A stretch of DNA of 41,187 nucleotides from Opitutaceae bacterium (lineage in GTDB: Bacteria; Verrucomicrobiota; Verrucomicrobiia; Opitutales; Opitutaceae). The stretch spans positions 1 through 41,187 of the forward strand of contig JAISGL010000076.1 in NCBI GenBank assembly GCA_031263125.1, read 5' to 3'. A program made the position numbers and the translations under genes. The notes beneath the pieces are model-generated. The model worked only from the letters and a program-made list of their open reading frames with translations. It ran no database searches and was not told where the DNA came from. Below, one piece after another: positions 38,074 through 41,187 of this stretch. Numbering within the stretch: the stretch's first letter is position 1; each line of letters starts with the position of its first letter.

Positions 38074-40719
38074 TCAGCGGTTTTCGATGGTGATGATTTC
38101 AACGCCCCAGGCGGCGATTTCGATTTTGCGGGAGCCGCCGTTTTTTGGAAACGTTACATGGCTCGCGACGGCGCGGGGGCTGTTGTTGAGGAGGATGACG
38201 TGGGTCTTGGTTTTGTCGGTCGACTCGGCGGTGAGGTAGTCGATGTCGGGGCGGCCGGTGTCGACGTCGAGCCACGTGAGGTTGACGGGGGCGCCGTGGA
38301 TTTTTCCGGGGGCGAAACCGAAGCAGGCGTGCGGGCCGACCTTGGGCGCGATGAAGCCGCGCGGGAACGTGACCGCGCCGGCGGTGCGTAGTTGAATTTC
38401 GGATACAAGGTAGTCGGTGATCCAGCCGATTTGCCACCATGCGTGATGCGGGTACGGGCCGGGGCCGCGGTTGAAGGTGATCCAGTAATAGGAGGCGACC
38501 TGCGTTTCGGGATCGAGGAAGGCGTCGCGCGCAAGCGTGGCGGCGCGGGCGAGGTCGGCGAAGAGCGGCTCGCCCGTGAGGCGCGCCATGCGAATGTAGA
38601 GGCCGGCGTAACTGGCGAGGAGGATGGGGCCGCCGCCGTTGGCGCTGCCGAGGGCGGCGCCGTGCTCGAAGGCGAGGCCGGTTTGGTTGACCGACCAGTC
38701 GGGGTGCCCGATTTTGCCGGCGGTTTTTGGCGCGGTGGTGGCGCGGGGTTGCGTGAAGATTTCGGTGACGTACTGGCGCGCGGTTTCGATGGCGGCGTCA
38801 CGATAGCGGGGGTCTCCGGTGAGTTCGTGGAGGTCGAGGAGACCTTGCGAGATTTGGGCGGTGGCAAAGTCGGCGGCGAAACGCGCATCGCCGCAGACGC
38901 CGACGAAGCGGGCGGGGTTGACGGCGTGCTCAATCAGCCAGTCGGCGCCGCGGCGGGCGGCGGCGAGGTATTTTTCGTCGCCGAGGATGCGGTGCGCGAC
39001 GAGGAGGCCGTAGAAGGTGGGGCGGCAGTCGGGGAGTTCGGCGAAGAGTTGTTTTTGCGTGGCGTGGTCGTAGGCGATCACCCAGCTGCCGTCGTTGCGC
39101 TGCCATTCGAGGAGGCGGTCGGCGCCGAGGCGGAGGCGGGCGCGAAGCTCGGTGTCGCCCGGCTCGAAGAGGAGGATGTTGCCAATGTCGAGCATGGTGT
39201 AGTAGGTGATGGCAACGGGTTCGACGTAGTCCCCCCATTCCTCGGTGAAGCGGTGCGATTTCGCGAGGTAGTACTGGCCGAGGGCGGCGCCTTGGAAGAA
39301 GCCGGGGGCGGATTGTTGCTGGACGAGTTTGAAATTGCGGGCGTGGGGGAGGCGGTCTTTGACGAGGCGCGGGTCGCCGGTGAGCCTGGCGAGCATCCAC
39401 ATGGCGCCGTAGTCGGAGTTTTTCAGCGCGTCGTAATCGGCGGGATTTTTCGCATCGCGAGCGGCGCCGATGACGCCGCCGTTGTAAGCCTGCGCGCCGA
39501 TGGTTTTGCCTTCGAATTGTTCGGTGTGCCAGAGCGAGGTGGTGTTGTCGGTGACGTATTTGTGGAGCGAGCGGAGGCGCTGACTGAGGGAGCGCGCGGG
39601 GGTTTTGAGCGCGAGAAAATCACCGATTGCGCAGATGTCTTCGGCGGCGTGTTTGATGGCGGCGAACCAGTCGTCGCCGCGTAGCGAGTAGCGATAGCGG
39701 AGCGTGAGGGTTTCGCCGGCGGCGAGTTTGGAGCCTTCGCCGCCGAGGATGGGACGGTAGAGCGTGGGCGAGAGTTTGCCGTCGCGTGTCATGTGCGAGA
39801 GGCCGAGGCGCTGGCGTTCACGGGCTGCTTTGTTGCCGGAGAGCGGATCGACGAGGCCGGGGTCGGCGATGACGGCGAGCGTGGCGCCGGCTTTGTTGGT
39901 GATGATGGAGGCGAGCGTGGACGCGGAACCTTCCCCGACGATCACGGGGCGGTCGGGCAGGCCGTGTCCGTAGCCCATGACGAGGGCGATGTCGGGGTTG
40001 AGTTCGGAGCCTTTGAAATAGCCGGGGACGACGGCCCATTTCAGGTCGGAGGGCGTGACGGTGGCGAGCGCGGGCGTGGTCATCGAGAACCAGCCGGCCT
40101 TGCGCGCGGTGAGCGTGAGCGTGACGCAAATGTCGCCGGGGTGGGAGGGGTCGGATGTCCAGCGCGCGGAAACGTCGGCGACATCGGTCGAGTGGGTGAA
40201 GGTGTGCGAGCCGTCGGGCGCGGTGACGAGGCTGGCGGGGAAAAAGGCGCGCTGCTCACCGGTCTGGTTAAACATGGCGGGAAGGAAGGATTTTCGCCGG
40301 ACCGGCATGAGGTATTTGTAGTTGGATTCGGGGAACACTTCGCCGGTGTCTTTGAAATAAACCGGCGTGGGATCGGACGGCGGTTCGGTTGCCGAATAGA
40401 GGATTGTGTACTGGCCGGATGTCGCGCCAATGGGAATTGGAGAGGCGGATGCGGGAGTGCGGACTTCCGCGGTCGTGACGTGCCAGCCGTCAGCCGCGCG
40501 TGTCCATTCGAGACGGGATGCCGGGTCGGAGAGCGAGGCGGTTTCCGCGAAGCAGGGCGGATGGGGGAATGCGAAGAGAAATGCGAAGAGAGAGGGGAAG
40601 AGGAAGAGGGAGGGGATGCAGGCGGCAGGAAGGGCGCGGGGCGGGTGTGGATGTGGATGCGGATGCGGGTATGGGGGCGGATGTGGATGCGGATGCGGGT
40701 GTGGGTGTGTGAGTTTCAT
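38074..40719 (-). CDS. Large secreted uncharacterised protein, probable (alpha/alpha)6-toroid glycan-active enzyme
   Basis: 881 aa; helical repeats LGDEKYLAAARRGADWL, LTGDPRYRDAAIETA, LTGEPLFADLARAA; first gene of the GH2-GH16-SGNH cluster. Confidence 0.7.
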   Translation of the reverse strand: MKLTHPHPHPHPHPPPYPHPHPHPHPPRALPAACIPSLFLFPSLFAFLFAFPHPPCFAETASLSDPASRLEWTRAADGWHVTTAEVRTPASASPIPIGATSGQYTILYSATEPPSDPTPVYFKDTGEVFPESNYKYLMPVRRKSFLPAMFNQTGEQRAFFPASLVTAPDGSHTFTHSTDVADVSARWTSDPSHPGDICVTLTLTARKAGWFSMTTPALATVTPSDLKWAVVPGYFKGSELNPDIALVMGYGHGLPDRPVIVGEGSASTLASIITNKAGATLAVIADPGLVDPLSGNKAARERQRLGLSHMTRDGKLSPTLYRPILGGEGSKLAAGETLTLRYRYSLRGDDWFAAIKHAAEDICAIGDFLALKTPARSLSQRLRSLHKYVTDNTTSLWHTEQFEGKTIGAQAYNGGVIGAARDAKNPADYDALKNSDYGAMWMLARLTGDPRLVKDRLPHARNFKLVQQQSAPGFFQGAALGQYYLAKSHRFTEEWGDYVEPVAITYYTMLDIGNILLFEPGDTELRARLRLGADRLLEWQRNDGSWVIAYDHATQKQLFAELPDCRPTFYGLLVAHRILGDEKYLAAARRGADWLIEHAVNPARFVGVCGDARFAADFATAQISQGLLDLHELTGDPRYRDAAIETARQYVTEIFTQPRATTAPKTAGKIGHPDWSVNQTGLAFEHGAALGSANGGGPILLASYAGLYIRMARLTGEPLFADLARAATLARDAFLDPETQVASYYWITFNRGPGPYPHHAWWQIGWITDYLVSEIQLRTAGAVTFPRGFIAPKVGPHACFGFAPGKIHGAPVNLTWLDVDTGRPDIDYLTAESTDKTKTHVILLNNSPRAVASHVTFPKNGGSRKIEIAAWGVEIITIENR

Positions 40720-40746
40720 GGTTATTGGGAATTTTTGAGCGCGGAG

Positions 40747-40830
40747 GGTTGGTGTGTTGGAGAGTTGAAGAGTTGGAGAGTTGGAGGGTTGGAGGGTTGG
40801 AGAGTTAGAGGGTTGGAGAGTTGGAGTTTT
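40747..40830. repeat. 8-bp tandem array (TTGGAGRG)n just upstream of the glycan cluster
   Basis: About 10 units of gttggaga/gttggagg. Confidence 0.85.
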
Positions 40831-40988
40831 TTGGTTCAGATTTTTGATGCAGATTATTTTTGAATGGTGAAGTTGACGGTACTGCTGCGGGTGCGCGGGC
40901 GCAGGGATGCGCGGACGCACGGGTGATTTGCAGTCATGCCGCGGGGCAAAGCAAAAGCGTTATGTGTCAACCGTTGACCTGAGAGTAA

Positions 40989-41038
40989 CTGATGTTACGC
41001 GGACGGCGGGATTTTGCAGGGCCTGACACACGGTCAGC
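40989..41038. mobile_element. Left TIR (CTGATGTTACGC) followed by a REP-like sequence; right end not resolved
   Basis: ctgatgttacgcggacggcggggattttgcagggcctgacacacggtcag. Confidence 0.6.
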
Positions 41039-41187
41039 ATTGAAATCAGTTCCTTCGGGCACTCCCCCCTAGTATCCCATAACGCGTGATAATTCGCATA
41101 CGTTCTTTTGAATATATCAGTTGGTAATATTCCTTGCTTTTTAGCGGTAGCGCCGGGGCAAGCCGGAGGCTTGCCAGAGATAAGCCG

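Noticed and set aside
1..41187. tRNA, rRNA, transposase, integrase, reverse transcriptase or cas genes
   Set aside because: None are recognisable; enzymes acting on the repeat elements would have to be encoded elsewhere.

Overview
High-GC bacterial chromosome segment. Gene content and style point to Opitutaceae (Verrucomicrobiota); this is an inference. Mostly minus-strand genes, in order: two tandem secreted NHL/Ig-like proteins (one with a GlyGly-CTERM-like tail), mcsA-mcsB-clpC, a secreted sugar-phosphate isomerase-family TIM barrel, rpsO-pnp, an autotransporter remnant, an Agl23/ArnT-like membrane glycosyltransferase, an aldo/keto reductase, an AAA_21 ATPase + DUF4276 pair, YceH, a TonB-dependent receptor with an upstream His-rich small ORF, DUF1015, a VUT/queuosine-precursor transporter, an aspartate aminotransferase, an outer-membrane beta-barrel, lptF, a family-B DNA polymerase and a four-gene glycan-degradation cluster (SGNH, GH16, GH2, large unknown protein). 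The most unusual signals are non-coding. (1) A MITE-like family with 12-bp TIRs (CTGATGTTACGC) and 7-bp target duplications, whose copies carry different REP doublets. (2) An orphan CRISPR-like mini-array (3 x 37-bp repeats, 2 x 34-bp spacers) whose last repeat probably supplies a start codon. (3) An 8-bp repeat array found in frame in unrelated proteins. (4) A thrice-repeated 16-bp hairpin showing a compensatory base-pair change. (5) A sigma54-like promoter with enhancer-like sites upstream of mcsA-mcsB-clpC. All calls were made by eye; no database searches were run.
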